This document shows, piece by piece, positions 12,658 through 26,754 of a stretch of DNA of 64,000 nt (its first letter is position 1; every line of letters begins with the position of its first letter). The notes below the pieces were generated by a model. The model searched no databases. It worked only from the letters and a program-made list of their open reading frames with translations, and was not told where the DNA came from. The translations under genes were made by a program, and so were the position numbers. The DNA comes from Dimorphilus gyrociliatus (lineage: Eukaryota > Animalia > Annelida): contig CAJFCJ010000036.1 in NCBI GenBank assembly GCA_904063045.1, positions 124,001-188,000 on the forward strand, in the 5' to 3' direction.

Positions 12658-12765
12658 TTGAGTAGGTTTTAATGAATTTTACTATGGAAATTTCTGTTAA
12701 TTATTAAATAAATAGTGTATTTTTTAAATAATTGATAAATAGTATACTTTGTATATAAGCATTGG

Positions 12766-15700
12766 TTACTTAATCAGATTTCTCTTACCGCTTTCTTTTA
12801 GTATCAATGCTGCAAATTTACCAAAAGCAAATATATCAACCTTGGCTTCAGTATTCTTTATATTTTCGTACTTTAAGTGATATAGAAAGTAAGTGCTGTT
12901 CTTTCCTATCTCTGTTACGTAAACATGATTTTTTAAATCTGCAACATTAGTATACAAGTTTTCTTTGTGCAGCATGCATAGACTTTCAGATATTTTTAAT
13001 ATACAACGAAAGTATTCCAACTGTTTAAAAAATTGAATATTTAGGTCAAGTTTTTTTGCAATAGTCATAGTAAAGATTTTCCTTTCGTAATTCATAATAG
13101 ATGTCACTAGGAATGAATGTTTGAATAAGAGTTTTTAGTGGATTTGAAGAGTGATATAAATAAAAATTATAGCTACTTTGTAACATTCTTCCTTCTATCA
13201 TTCTTTCTATGAAATTGTTTCTATTTGTTTGTTTAATTTTTCAAAAATTGATAATAGAAAGTTGAATGAATTCTAAAGAGAGAAAGTAGACATCATACGT
13301 ACTTCAGCAAGCGTTTCCTTGCCTTTGAAAAGTCCAGAATATTTTTTAATTCGTCAATTGTGTAAATATAAGGATTGGCTACTGGATTTATTGGAATAAT
13401 AATACCAACTACAATACTATAAAGAGTGTTATTTGCTTTAAAATTAGAGAAAACTGATACAAAAGCTGTTAAAGATAAGAAAATATGTAGAAAAGTATAA
13501 AAAATGAAAGAAGAAGGAGAAGAAAATAGACCTAAAATTGAAAATGGTGTCCAACAAATAACATTTGAAATTGAAAGAATGTAGATACTCCATGAAATAG
13601 ATCTTTTTGAAAGAGTATTCTTATCAATTCTCGTATTGGCCGACTGTTTAATAGTATAGAATACTCTAATGTATAGATATAGAATAAAAACACTGATTAG
13701 CAATAGAAATATTCCATAGATAATAAATGAATAAATCCATCCATCTGTTTTAGCATTTCCCATATAAATATTCAAGCAGATTGATGATTTAGAATAGAAA
13801 TTCTTTGAAAAATGTTTCAAGAGGAATATGGATTAATATGAAAAAGATGGAATGTAAAGTTTACCGGAAATAGTAATATTGGTAAACAGGCAATCGTTAG
13901 AGCCAAGAAAAAGAATACTGGACAAATAAATAGTCTATACTTTTTTGTAAAACTCTCTTTAAGCGGATTTAAAATCATTTCGTATCGTTCGCTTGAAATC
14001 GCCAATATATTTAAAGTCGAATAGACAAGTGAGAATGACATAACTACGCCCAAAGTTTTACAAATCATTCCGTGTCTCCATTTCTCTTCAATCTCTAAAT
14101 ATCTTTCATTTTCAAATAGAGCATCAACAATACATATTGAAAACAGGTAGATATTTGATAGTAAATCACTGGACAATAGGCCTAACCTATATAATCTGGA
14201 AGATTTTTTCTTTTTTGAAAATATAATAAGAAGAGCCAAAATATTTCCAATTAATCCAAAAATTGAAAATAGCCAAGCAAGTATTCTAACAAAGCGATTC
14301 GGAATGATATTATTGCATGTTATAAAAAATGAACGTTGCGGTCTACAAATCACATTCTTATCATAATAATATCTTGAAATAATACAGCAAATTTGAAAAT
14401 TTTCAGTAGAAATAATTCTTAAATTGATTAAATTCTTAAAAATATTTGATATAGATTTTAATGGAAAATTTGTCTTGTTTAGATATATGAATTTTAATTT
14501 AATTAATTTATTAAAAATATTATCTTCAACTGATTTTATTCTACTGTTTGAAATTATTAATAATTGTAAATTTTTGAAATTTTTCAATTCAATTTCTCTA
14601 AGAATTTCAATATTGCAGTAGGAAATATCTAAATTTAAAAGATTTACAGCATTAAATTTCTTTAAGCTGTTTAAAGTTGTAAATAGATTATTTGATAAAT
14701 TCAAATTTTGAAGTACTGATAAATTTTGTATTTTAGAAAAATTAAGGAATTTCAGTTGATTTTCTGTTAGAGAAAATGTTAATAAATTTGGTGGAATTTT
14801 ATTAAAATTTATCTCTTCAAGATAGAAATTTTTCTTTATTTTCAAAATGAAATTATTTCTTGAATTTGAAATTTCATTGAATGTAAAATTTCCTTCAAGT
14901 TCAATTTTTTTTATGTAATTTTTAAATTTTCCATTAAGATGAATGGCGGAAGCATTTTTATTTCTACATATCATTTCATATTGAATTATAAAAGTGCAGT
15001 TGTTAAACTCCTCTTCCATTGTAGAATCTTTTAAATTGCATAACATTTCATCAGAGTTCTCTTTGCAGTGAGAAACTCCATCGCATACTTTATGACTTGA
15101 GATATAATAGTCTTCTTTACGGCATTTAAAGAAACCTTTTCGGATGTAATCGCCTATGTAGATTTATTATATTTAGCAATCTTTCAAAATTGGTTAATGG
15201 ATATATTTCATTCCAGTTTTTGACAGATTAAAATGTTACATTTTTACATTTTTATAGCTAAGCTGGAACGAAATATTGCAGTGTAAGAGATGATTCAATC
15301 GTATACCGCAATTAATTTCGTCATCGCCGTGTAGACAATGACTTATTCCATCACAAATCTGCTCAACGTATATACAAGTACCCTCCAATTGACATTTATA
15401 CTGAGCTTTTAAGCATTTTCTACGCGGACTGGCACATTCCATATGATCCCTGAAAATTCAAGGAGAGTGAACGATAGCCCCAAACGATCAATTGAATATA
15501 TCTATACCGGATGTATGGAACATCCGGCCTATAGAGAAGATTTCCATAAGCATCAAAAACTAAGTAGCAAGTGCCCATTGAAACAAATTTACATATTTGA
15601 CTATACGATCGAGGTTTGCATTTCTCTTCATCGTTTGGCTGACGACAGTTTAAAATGCTATTACATTTGAATAGTAAAGATTTACATAGGCCGTCACAAG

Positions 15701-18700
15701 CAAATTGCATTCGAGTATTGCAATCTTGAAAATAATAAATTCAAAGAAAGAGTATAAAATAAAACTTTGTAAAACACTTTTCTCATATTGCTGTTTAATT
15801 GCATTCTGGTTTTTACAAATTTCGTCTGTTCTATCAAAACAGTTGGGCGAACCATCGCAAATATTTTTTTCATTTATGCATTGTTTGTTCTTACACATGG
15901 CTCTATTTTATTAAAGTTAAAATTTTTAATTCTACTGCAAAATTAACCTACTGGAAAAAAATATACCCTGTAACAGTGTCGCACGACTCTCTATCTGTAA
16001 AGACGATTTCATTTTGATTCCGAATGGTTTATTTAATTGAATCCTACCGCAAAACTTCTCATCCGAACTATCCGTACAATCGCTGTGAAAATCACAGAGA
16101 AGAGAATATCTAATTCTTTCTCTCTTATTAAAACATAAGAATTGATAACTTGAATCTTCGCTGTCTTCATCACAATCAATTTCATCTTCATTACTTAAAC
16201 AATCGTTTTCGCCATCGCACAAATATATAGAATTGATGCATACTTGACTAATTTTACAATAGAATCCATTGATTGGACAAAGTGTATTTGATTCTTGAAT
16301 TGGTTGGAGTAAATTACTATGATTTACTGAAAGATTTAGACAGGAAATATATTGAATTTGTTTAAAAATCACTAAACAAACAATGAATTTTCTGACATAA
16401 TAGAAAATCATTTTTTGCATTATCAGGTTTATTCTTTATTTGTGATTGTTTCGGATTTCTTTTTTAATAGAGAGAAGTGTTTATTTATTTTAAATCTTGG
16501 CTATTTTCATCAGATACCTTTGAAGGATAAAGGATAGAACTTTTGTATACAGTCTATCTGACATATAGTCATAAGCCAACTCTTTAAAACTATCAAATCC
16601 TTTGGCAAAACAATCGTCGCTGATGAAAAATTGAAAAGCATTTTCGTATAAATAATAAGAAGTTGGAAACAGTTCCACTAAATAGTTGCTGCTAGTCAAC
16701 ATTTTTGGAATTCCTTTTACAAGTTTTGTTTTAGTTTCTGAAAAGAAAAAATGATATAAAATGCTAAAACAAAGAAGAGAAAGTGTTTAAAACTACTTGT
16801 TAAAATTTCAATACTACCAGTTTTAGCTTGTTTTGCATGATATATTTTATAAAGTAAAAGGTAGGTTAATAAATATATTTGATTTTTTGTTGGTAAATCT
16901 GATAGTGTAAGATTTAAACTTTTACACTTTCTCTCCATCTCATCAACGCCTATAGGCTTATCCAATATGTATATATAATAGCATACACTTTCAAAGTAGA
17001 CCGAGTTGTTATCAATACAAGGAACGCCTAGAAAATTATGGAATAAATTGGAATTGGAATTGCAGTTAGTTTAGTTTTTCTACTTTTATTTGTGCATTTA
17101 ATTTCTAATAGTTCTGTAAATTTTTTCAATACTCTGTAGAGTTTGTTATACTGCAAATTATAATATTAAAAGTATAATATCTAGTAGTAGTATAAATGCC
17201 TTTTATCGTCAGCTTTGCAGTTTTCAATATCTGTTTCGTTAATTTCACAATCTATCTTTGAAATAAAGAGGTTATTCCTATACGGATTATAATGCATGAA
17301 ATTTGATGGAATCTTTAATTGTCCATATTTGAATTGATATCTTTTACAAATAAGCTGAATTTCTGGACTTTTTAATACTTCAATAAAGAAATTTATACCA
17401 TTTTTATAATAGAAAACATTTCCAAATATTTCTCCATTAGAATTTGATTCAATTCTTTCAAAAGTGAACTTGTTTCCTATTAAAAATTACAAGAAAAGTC
17501 TATTAATTCAACAATTGGTATCTTTGACTTTTGTCTAAATTAAATATAAGTAATAATCTACTTGGATAGCCTATTTTCTTCCTGCAAATGATTCTACTAA
17601 GGGAAAAACTTTGTCCACTTTTAACTCTCTTAAAGTAGCAATTCTTTACAGCGTAATTTTTTATTGAACAACCAGAAAGAAGGGGAAAATGTCTCTGAAA
17701 GTATAGGAAAGATGAATCATTAAAAGTTTATATTTCCTACTGTAGCCTTTCTCTCTCTCTCTCTCTCTCTCTTCATTTACATTGCCAAATGGGTTTACGA
17801 TTGATAAATTTGGTCCTGTATCCATATTTTGAGCTGAGCAGGTTAGCATTGAAAATTTTGTTTCTACCGCTCTAGTTTCGCCTAGAAGGGGAAAGAAGCC
17901 GTATATTTTTGATTTTATCCATACTTTGCAGAATCTCATGCTTCTTTCGCCGAAACGAGATAAAGAATCTGAAATTATCTTTTCTTCTGGTATAAACAGA
18001 CTAAAGTCTAAAGAAAACAGCAATTTCTTAGTTGGATTCTGAAGAAAACTGATATTGGTACAGACCATTCAACTGTTGGTAGGAACAGACGAAATTTTTG
18101 ACGTTATTCCTTTTACTTTCAATTTGAACAATTAAATCGGAATTACTTCTATTTGAATGATGATGAACATTGGCAAAGTATTTCTCTTCGTAATTGAATT
18201 CTTCTTCAACAAAATGTTGGTACTTTGTGCAAAGTTCTTTTGTATCTCCACCTAAAATAGGATAAATTTTACCTTTCCATTGAAGAAACAACTTAAAAGC
18301 GTTATTCGTAATAGATTGAAGAAAGATGTCTATAGTGATTCAGATAGTAATTATAATTATTAAATATACAAAATATGTTTACAAGATGAATTTCGTTTAA
18401 AGCAGATTATATGAATTCTCTCGTGGACTTTTATCTTTTCAATTTTGCTAGAAATGTTAAGAAAAGATTGGAAAAAGTGTATATTTATCAAATTTTCATT
18501 CAATCATTTTAAGATATTACTATTCACAACACGGATTTGTTGATAAGATTACCACTGATTTCATTTGAATATTACTTAAAATGTATTCAATTTTAGCATG
18601 ATCAGTGTTAAATGTTGTCCAATTTTTGCATAATAACAGTTTTGTCTCTCTAAACCATTTGTAAATGGTATAATTAATTTGCAGGGCGTATTCATTTCCT

Positions 18701-18834
18701 TCCAATGAAATAGAAATCTCGCCCTTTGAATAAATCTCAGAATTTTCAATAAGAGAATAATTAAATGGGAAACAGTGAAAATCCAGAAAGAAAGTATGGA
18801 AAATTACAAGATATAATAGACATTTTGATAACAT
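12766..18834 (-). CDS. GRL101-like receptor B (multi-exon): signal peptide, SRCR-like, CTLD-like, LDLa repeats, LRRs, 7TM, kinase-like tail
   Basis: Signal MLSKCLLYLVIFHTFFLDFHC; CTLD-like EMERKCKSLNLTLSDL; LDLa CPINGFYCKISQVCINSIYLCDGENDCLSNEDEIDC and others; LRRs NLQNLNLSNN/LLNLDISYCNI; TM3 SSERY, TM6 SNVICWTP, TM7 NPYIY; 44-nt exon 13177-13220; last exon 12766-13106. Confidence 0.8.
17750..17771. repeat. (TC)n microsatellite
   Basis: About 11 TC units, inside receptor B. Confidence 0.9.
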
Positions 18835-19339
18835 GTTCCTTTTTGTTGAAACTTGGAAAGAAAATTTGTTTAAAGGAAAAAAGAAATCAAATAAAATATC
18901 TATTTCAACGATATGAAAGTCAACTCTTTTAATTAATTTTTTACCTTTAAATCCGAACGAAATTTCGTCGATTGCGATGATTAAACTGGAAAATAAAAGG
19001 ATTGAACTTTAGGATAAGAATCCAAAATTTCAAATAGGTTTACTAACTTGTTAAGTCTTAAGTCTAGGGTTGAAGTCCAAAATTTGGAACATTTTATACA
19101 GCATCCTATATATATATATATTGGATATTGACTTTATCAATTAGAAAAGATGAATACGAAACAGAAACATAACACTTTTGACATTTTGTTAAAAGTATGA
19201 TAAGGAATTCAAGTAATTTCAGCATGATATCATCCTTTTAAAACCGCAACTTGTGACTATTCAGCCAGATAAAATCCTTTAAAATACGTTTTTTTCGATT
19301 TTTTTCTATATAGTCCATTTCCAACTGAATATAGTTTTC

Positions 19340-22300
19340 ATGATGAATAAAACATATCTTTTTTTTCTCTCTTTGAATTTCCTCTGTTTATGCATAACAA
19401 CAAAATCAGCCATGGTAGCAACTACTTATGAAATGTCTATACAAGATTCAAGAGATGAAAAGGTGTACGTTGAAGGAATTTTAAAAGGAAAGATGTTGAT
19501 GGAAGATAATTGGTTGATTGTGAAATATGAAATATATACAACTCAGCAAAATAATCTCCTGTGTGAGAAAATGGGCTACGAATCCATTCATTCAGTAGCC
19601 TTGCCCTGTAAATTGGACACTCTACAATCGGAAGCCATTGAAATATCACTAAAAACCGGAAGTTGTTGTAATTTGTAAGTAAAACTAGATGAATTTTTAA
19701 TAGTTTTCAATCGAAAATGGACATTTTTCTTATTTTTTTCTTTTTTTCAAAAAAGTTCAAAAGTTGAATATCATTCAGACAAAGCATTTTGTATTAAATG
19801 CTTCAAGAAACAGAGCCAATGTAAGAATATCATTCTATTATCGTTATTTTGAATGATTCAATTACCAGTTCATTGTATTTATACCATTCAGTTATTTTTG
19901 CTGTATTTACACAAAAAATGTATCGATTATTTTATAAAAATGATGATAGTTTTTATAAAATAATTGGCAACAGAATGCAAAATAGAGAACACTGCAAAAG
20001 ATCAGAGTTTTTTCTTAATGAATTTGAAAGAAATGTTACAAATTTCGTTAAAATGGGAGAATATTTTACAGATAAGTTAAAAGAAGATGAAAGTCATTCA
20101 AGATGTACTTTTCAATATTTAAAAGGTTCAAATAAGAGAATTAATAAAAGTTTTTTAATTAAAAAGTTCAATTATGCTCTAATTCAATCGCTAAACTTAA
20201 ACATTAAGAATGTTGAATTAGAGTTAGAAAAAAAAGTCAAATAAAGAAATGATAAAAGAAAAACTAATTTATGTTCAACTTTTTAGATGTTACAGTTGAC
20301 TATCTATGGAAAAATGAATCTAGAACATATTCATATATTAATAAATACAAAACATATTCAAATTATTTCTTTATTTCCAAAACACTTGGAGTTTCTCCTC
20401 CCTTCTTTTTTAATATAAAACGATATTCCCTTCTGTGTGTAAAGCTCTGTTGGTATATTCAATCTATTGCGGATGAGCACAGTTGCTTCAAATATTATAT
20501 TCAAAACAATGTAAAAGAAGCTTTTTTTTTACCGTGTGGGAGAGAACGTGACATTATTTTGGCTTTTTTTTTATTAAAAGCCTAACGCAATAATTAGCCA
20601 AAGTGGTCTTCCCTAATTCGGATTTATCTAAAACGTCCCTACATTGGCGAAAACTTTTGAATAGTCTTTAAGACGTTTTCTCCCAACTCCCTTCGTTTCT
20701 AAATATAAAATCAAAAACATTGTTTTCAGGAAGCATCGGCAATGGTTTGCGAAATGGATAGGGGTAAGTCTGTCAAAGTTGTTCGACACTGTCATCATAT
20801 GGCCGCCAAGGAGAGAGTTGCAGTTGTTGAACCAAGATGCCAAAAGTTGAATAAGACAAGTCAGTTAAGAGGATAAATCCTCTTTATATGACAAAAAAAC
20901 AAAATGATTAATATACCTCTTAAAAATCCATTTTAGAAGGTCTAACCTACAGACTTTTTTACAATAGAAGCCTTATTTTGCTACCAAATAGAGAGAACTC
21001 CTTTGAAGAATTCACCGGGCGTTTTCAAATAGTAAATGAGAAAAAGTGGATAGATTTCGACGATATATTTCTACAGGAACACAAGACTATATGCAAATCA
21101 TTTGATTTTAAATATGAATATTTGACTGGAAAATTTAATTCTATAGAATTTAACGATAGAAGAAGTTATTTGCATTGCGGTAAAACTATCAAAACATTAA
21201 GGGATTGCAGATTAAAATTCTATAAAAGTGCTGGGTAATTTAACATAATTTCAATATGAATAAATTAATAAATGTAAAAGAAAGATAATGAATTTTGATG
21301 CTAATTATTTCTTCAAAGATAGATATTCGTACAAAACTGCTCCACTTTTGAAATGTTCAAAGAATTTGATAATAGGTTTGGAACCAAATCATAAAGTGTA
21401 AATCTAATAGAAAATGATTTGAAACTAGATCCTCTATGCAAGGGAAAACTATCCTTTAACATAGATAGCGTCTGTTATAGTGGTTTTGTTGAAAGTAAGA
21501 AGGTATCAATAACAGAAATGGAAGAGAGATGTAGAAAGGAAAATTCGACATTAGCAGATTTCCCGGGAGGAAATATTGAAACCATGATGATATTGAAATC
21601 GTTTATCTTTTCATTTTTAACAAATAAATCCAAATTTCATCGCCTCTTTCATCTGTTTTACAGTTAAGTTCAAATTATATGTCATTCAAAATTCTATTAT
21701 AAAAAATGCAAAATAAACTTTCCTCTGTTTTTTAAAATTTAGAATTAAAAACTTTAACTAAAAATGAACAAAATATTTTCGTTACACCTTCAAACATGCC
21801 TTTTTCATTTATTTCAAGATTACAAATAGAGGAGAAATTGGTAAATTTTTCAATTTCATTTTGAACATTTTCCGTTCAATTCAAAAATAATTTGTACGTA
21901 AAATATATGTTTATCGTTTTTCTTAGCATCATGAAATTGATTCTGAAAAGAGATTATTCGATACAGACAATTTGATGGAGTTAAGTAAAATAATTCAAAA
22001 TTTAGAAAATTCTTTTGGAGATTGCGTTCAATTGAGTTATGTTAGTACTGTATACTTCAAAAAAGTCATTGTATTTTCATTCTGTAATACATTATAGTTG
22101 GTTGAAAGTTCATACACTTTCACTAGAATGATTAGAGGTATATACTTTGATAAAAGATCGACGTTTAAAATTCGTTTTAGACCTAATTGTCCTTCTCTTT
22201 TAGGTATTCATCTCTCAAATATTGATTGCTCCACAGGAAAAGCTAGATATTACTTCTGTCAGAAAATTTTATGTTGGCTTTTTTTAATTTTGGATGCAGA

Positions 22301-25300
22301 ACGAAACGTCCTCAATTTTACCCCAAACCTAACGTAACTCCCTCAGGGACGTTTTGTTCTAGTATCTCTTTAATTTCTTTGCAAATTACACTTAAAGCTA
22401 ATATGTTGCTATGAAATACAGATTCAGATTATCCTTCTCTTATCAGTTTGAGCACAAGCACTACAGCTCCATTTCAAAATAATACATATTTTTGTCAAAA
22501 AAGTGAAACTTACATAAATATTATATACGTTTGTGACAGGTATCCGGACTGTCCCCTTTCCGAAGACGAAGGTGGCCATTGCCAATATAGTGGGAAGGAA
22601 AAATTCCACTGTTTGCTTGAAAATTTCAGTGTATCTTATAAATTGCTGTGTAATTTTGTCAATGATTGTCCTGATGAATCTGATGAGAAATTTTGTGGTA
22701 AATCAAATTATATTCTCATTACAAAAACAATAAAAACGTTTTTATTCCCATAGAAAGAGCATCCTGTGAAACAAAGGAAAGGCATGTATATTTCTTTTCA
22801 TATTCATTATTACGCTAAAGACTAATTAAGCATCTTCGGAAATTATCTGATACTTTTGTATATAATAGTGCATGCAATAACAAACAATGCATTCAAACAA
22901 ACTACGTTTGCAATAACAACAAGAATTGCTTTGATTCAAGTGATGAAATATGCAATAACGTAAACGCTATTCATACTAAATTTAAAAAACGTAAAAATCA
23001 AAAACACTATTCAAATATTGATATTTTAAAATATTGATTTTAAAAATAAGACTGCCGACTTTCAACACAAGTTCCATGTCAGAAATCATGTATAACAAAG
23101 CAAAAAAAATGTAATCTCAGACCTGATTGTCCAAAGGGAGAAGATGAAGACACCTACCAATGTGAAAATTTCCTTTATCCTAATAGAAAACAATTATTTA
23201 ATAACTACAAATGCCAGCTTCAGTTTGACTCATTGGGAATCCTTTTAACAAATCCACAATTTCCCCATTATGATCTAATCAAATGCAATAAAACTACATG
23301 CCAACCAGGACAGTTCTTATGTACATTTTATAAATTTTGCATATCAATTGAACAAGTTTGCGATGGAATTAATCATTGCATTCATAATGAAGATGAAATG
23401 ATTTGTGGTAAGATCATAGATGACAACACAAAATATCTTTCTCATACCTTTCCCAGCATTAACAATATCTTTAAATTTATCGATTTCTATTACGACAAAT
23501 GTTTCATGGGGAGCATAAATTTTCATTAAACATGAATTTTTCTAGATGAAATCTACACAAAAGGATTCTTTAAATGCAGAAATGAAACAAAAGCAATTTT
23601 ACCCAGCAAAGTCTGTGATGGAATAGTAAACTGTTTCTATGGAAGTGATGAACTCTCCTGCAACCAAATCAACGTATCTAACTATTCTTTTTGCCGAACT
23701 ACTTTAGCAACAGAAATGTTCTGTCAAATGCAAATAAAAAACAAAAGAATTTCAGACAACCAAACTTTTCACATAGCAAATGTTCCACATATTAAAAAAC
23801 TTCAAATTTATGGATTGATGAATTTAAAAGTGAGTGAAAAACAGTTTCAGATTACTTCTTTGTCCATAGAAGACAATTTTCAAAGGAATATCTTTGTTCA
23901 TTTACAATTCTTTCCCAATCTGCTGGCTTTGACTTTAAAATCAAACAAACTAACATTTAGAAACGATTTCAGTAGAACATTACTTCTACTTCAATATCTC
24001 GATCTTTCCAGTAACAGATTTACAAACTTTTCTATCTTGGAGAAATTTCAAAGTCACGATTTGAGATATTTGGATTTTTCAAACAATCCACTTCAAAATT
24101 TCAATCATAACATGAAACATTTTCGGAAATTAAACATTTTGAAAATAACAAATTGTTATATTTCAAATATTCAACCAGTTTTCTTTAAATATTTCACCAA
24201 ACTGGAAAGGTTATACTTGAATGGAACTGAATTTCCTTCAAAGCAAAGTATGACGATTGTTCGACAGCTGCATCGAATAAAGATGATCTTTAACGAATTC
24301 TACAAACTGTGCTGTTTAACCTGGAAATTGTTTGGCAATCACATCATTTGTAAACCGTCTACATCATTGTACAACACTTGTTCTAGTCTCCTCAGTAGTT
24401 TGCCTATTCGTCTCTTGTATTGGATCAATGGACTTTTTGGGTTAATTGGAAATGTGTTTTCAATATTTCTGCTGTTCAAGTCGAAGAGTCAATCGACTGC
24501 ATTTAGATTATCATTAATTTTAAGTGATAGTCTTACATCACTGTATGTTGTTACAATAGCCATTGCAGACGCCTACTTTAAAGATAAATATTTGGAAAAT
24601 GATGAAAGATGGCGAAATAGTGTGCTTTGTCAAATTATTGGAACAAGCATGTCATTTTCCCTACTCTTGTCCACCCTGAGTTTGTTTCTTTTGACATTTG
24701 AGCGGTTCCAAGCAATAGTTGTGCCTTTTTCTTCATTGAAAATTCAACATTATAAAAGAGTGATCATTCCAATTTCATTTCTATTGTCGAGTATTTTGGC
24801 AACACTTCCATTTGGTTTTTATAAAGTATAAGTAAAAAACAGACATTCCTTTGACTGTAAAATGAAAATGAATGTTTCAGAATTTTCACAGAAAATCTCC
24901 AATTTGCTTTAATTTGCATATAACAAGTGAGAAAAGCGCAGGTTGGCTGTATTCATTTTTCGTTTTCGGTATTTTACTGTTTGTGTTGAGCGCCACAATT
25001 AGCGTTCTTTATATGATGATTGTGAAAACTGTCAAAAAGTCTTTTGTAAGGTTTAATAAGAGTAAAAGGGATAAGGATAAATTGGATAAGGTCATGAAGA
25101 CTGTATTTTTGATAATAATGACAAACTTGATATGTTGGTTTCCAATTTCACTTCTCGGTTTGTAGAATATTCATCATTGAAAATGCTAAAGCGTCACATT
25201 TTGAACAGGAATTTTGTCAGTCTTTGTCGAAATCCACATCAGTAGGAATATCTATTCAGTTATTGTTGCTGTGTTTCTGCCAATAAATGCTCTTCTCAAT

Positions 25301-26251
25301 CCTCTGATCTATTCTTACAGTGACATAAAACTTTTAATGCAAGTTAAGGCAGAAAAAAAAGAGGAAGAACAGTTAAGTGATAATTCATTCTATTTTAGTG
25401 TAACTATTGTATTTAACCAAGTTTTCCATGTGTCAACAGAAGAAATATAATTAGCAATGCAGCATATCAGATTCGACAGCAAAGTAAGATTAACTGGTGT
25501 TTTTTATTTGTAATTTGTTTGAGAATAAATGGTTTTTAGTGATACATTTTGTTGAAAATTCAAAAAAGAATAGAATTTATTTGAAAGAATTGAGTGGAAA
25601 TTGTGAAAAATTGACATTACATAAAAAGTTTTTCGAAAATTTGCTATATTTAAAGATCATCAAGGACGTAATTGAAGCTTTAAAGTTTTGTCATGATCAT
25701 AAAATGAAGTATATAGATGGATTTACCATACATGACATTTACTATGATGTAAGGAAAATAACAATTTTTTCTACATTCTTTTATTATAAAGGCAACTTTT
25801 CTTACTGTTCTTGAGAATTTCATCTTGATTATAGTAATTGTTGTATTGTGATATATTTTAATTTAAATGGTTTGTAAAAATTTTTGAGTTTGTAAATATG
25901 TTGTAGGTGGTATTTCTGTGGTTTTGAACTGTGTAAAAGAGAGGTAGTTGTGGGTTTAGAGAAAAATCTCTAATTGATTGATTTCTTCAGTCGGGTAGAA
26001 CTAAATTTTAGGTTGTGTCAGAAGGTTTTAAAAAGAAAATATTTGATTTTCTTCAATCATTGTCTTCTTTTCGTAATTTGCTTTTATCAAACCTTTTCTT
26101 TCAGATTGATAAAAATGTCTTTTTCCTAACTTGGAGAAAATTGTCGATTATGGAAGAAGGTAGAGAAAATAAAGATATATTTTCATTTGGACTGCTAACA
26201 AGAACCATTCTGCAAAAGAAACAATTGTATAAAAATGTGTTAGAGTCTTGA
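19340..26251 (+). CDS. GRL101-like receptor C (multi-exon): signal peptide, 2 SRCR-like, CTLD-like, LDLa repeats, LRRs, 7TM, kinase-like tail
   Basis: Signal MMNKTYLFFLSLNFLCLCIT; SRCR-like NLLCEKMGY and GRFQIVNEKKW..TICKSFDF; LDLa FCQKSETYINIIYVCDRYPDCPLSEDE; LRR/TM exon 23716-24831 with TFERF; TM6 TNLICWFP, TM7 NPLIY; tail exons 25440-25483, 25540-25748, 26105-26251. Confidence 0.85.
23303..25420 (+). repeat. ~2.1-kb near-identical direct duplicate (copy 1), offset 8600 bp from copy 2
   Basis: Colinear with 31903-34020 including introns; only scattered substitutions seen by eye (roughly 20). Confidence 0.95.
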
Positions 26252-26754
26252 TGCATAATCATAAACATTGTATTTTTTTTTATTAAAAATAGTACAAGAA
26301 AACTTTTACTCAGTTTTTTTTGTTTGCAATGAACATAACACTCTTAAATAATATGGTTGACAACTTTTTCATAAAGTGTTCTGTATAAGATAACGGACAA
26401 AATAATCCGGACACTGTAAATTCTGATATTCAGATAAGACGGGTCGGGCGCGAATGCACCTGTTAGTAAATATTTCCAACCCTGAAAACACTTTAGAAAA
26501 GGGTTAGTTTGAAAATTTGATTGGATTTATTGTTAGAGGTACTTCAATTTAGGCTTAGGGAATATAAATAACACAAATATTACACTCAATTTTAGATATA
26601 TTGAGGTAGGCTTCAACCCTCGAAATAAGACGTGTTTAAGCAACACAATTTTTTCAATCAATTTACTTTTTAAAGTTAAGTTTCTTAATTATTTCCTATA
26701 TTAATTATATAAGATAATATTTGTTCTATTGTTTAATTATAGCATAGAGTAAAG

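Noticed and set aside
15420-15710. Apparent frameshift between overlapping ORFs in receptor B
   Set aside because: Resolved by a normal phase-2 intron (CG|GTATAG...TTTTCAG|G), restoring RDHMECASPRRKC.
20510-20880. GC-richer intronic segment in receptor C with ACATTGGCGA (PBS-like) and a 71-aa antisense ORF
   Set aside because: No LTR, terminal repeat or recognisable protein motif; insufficient evidence for a mobile element.
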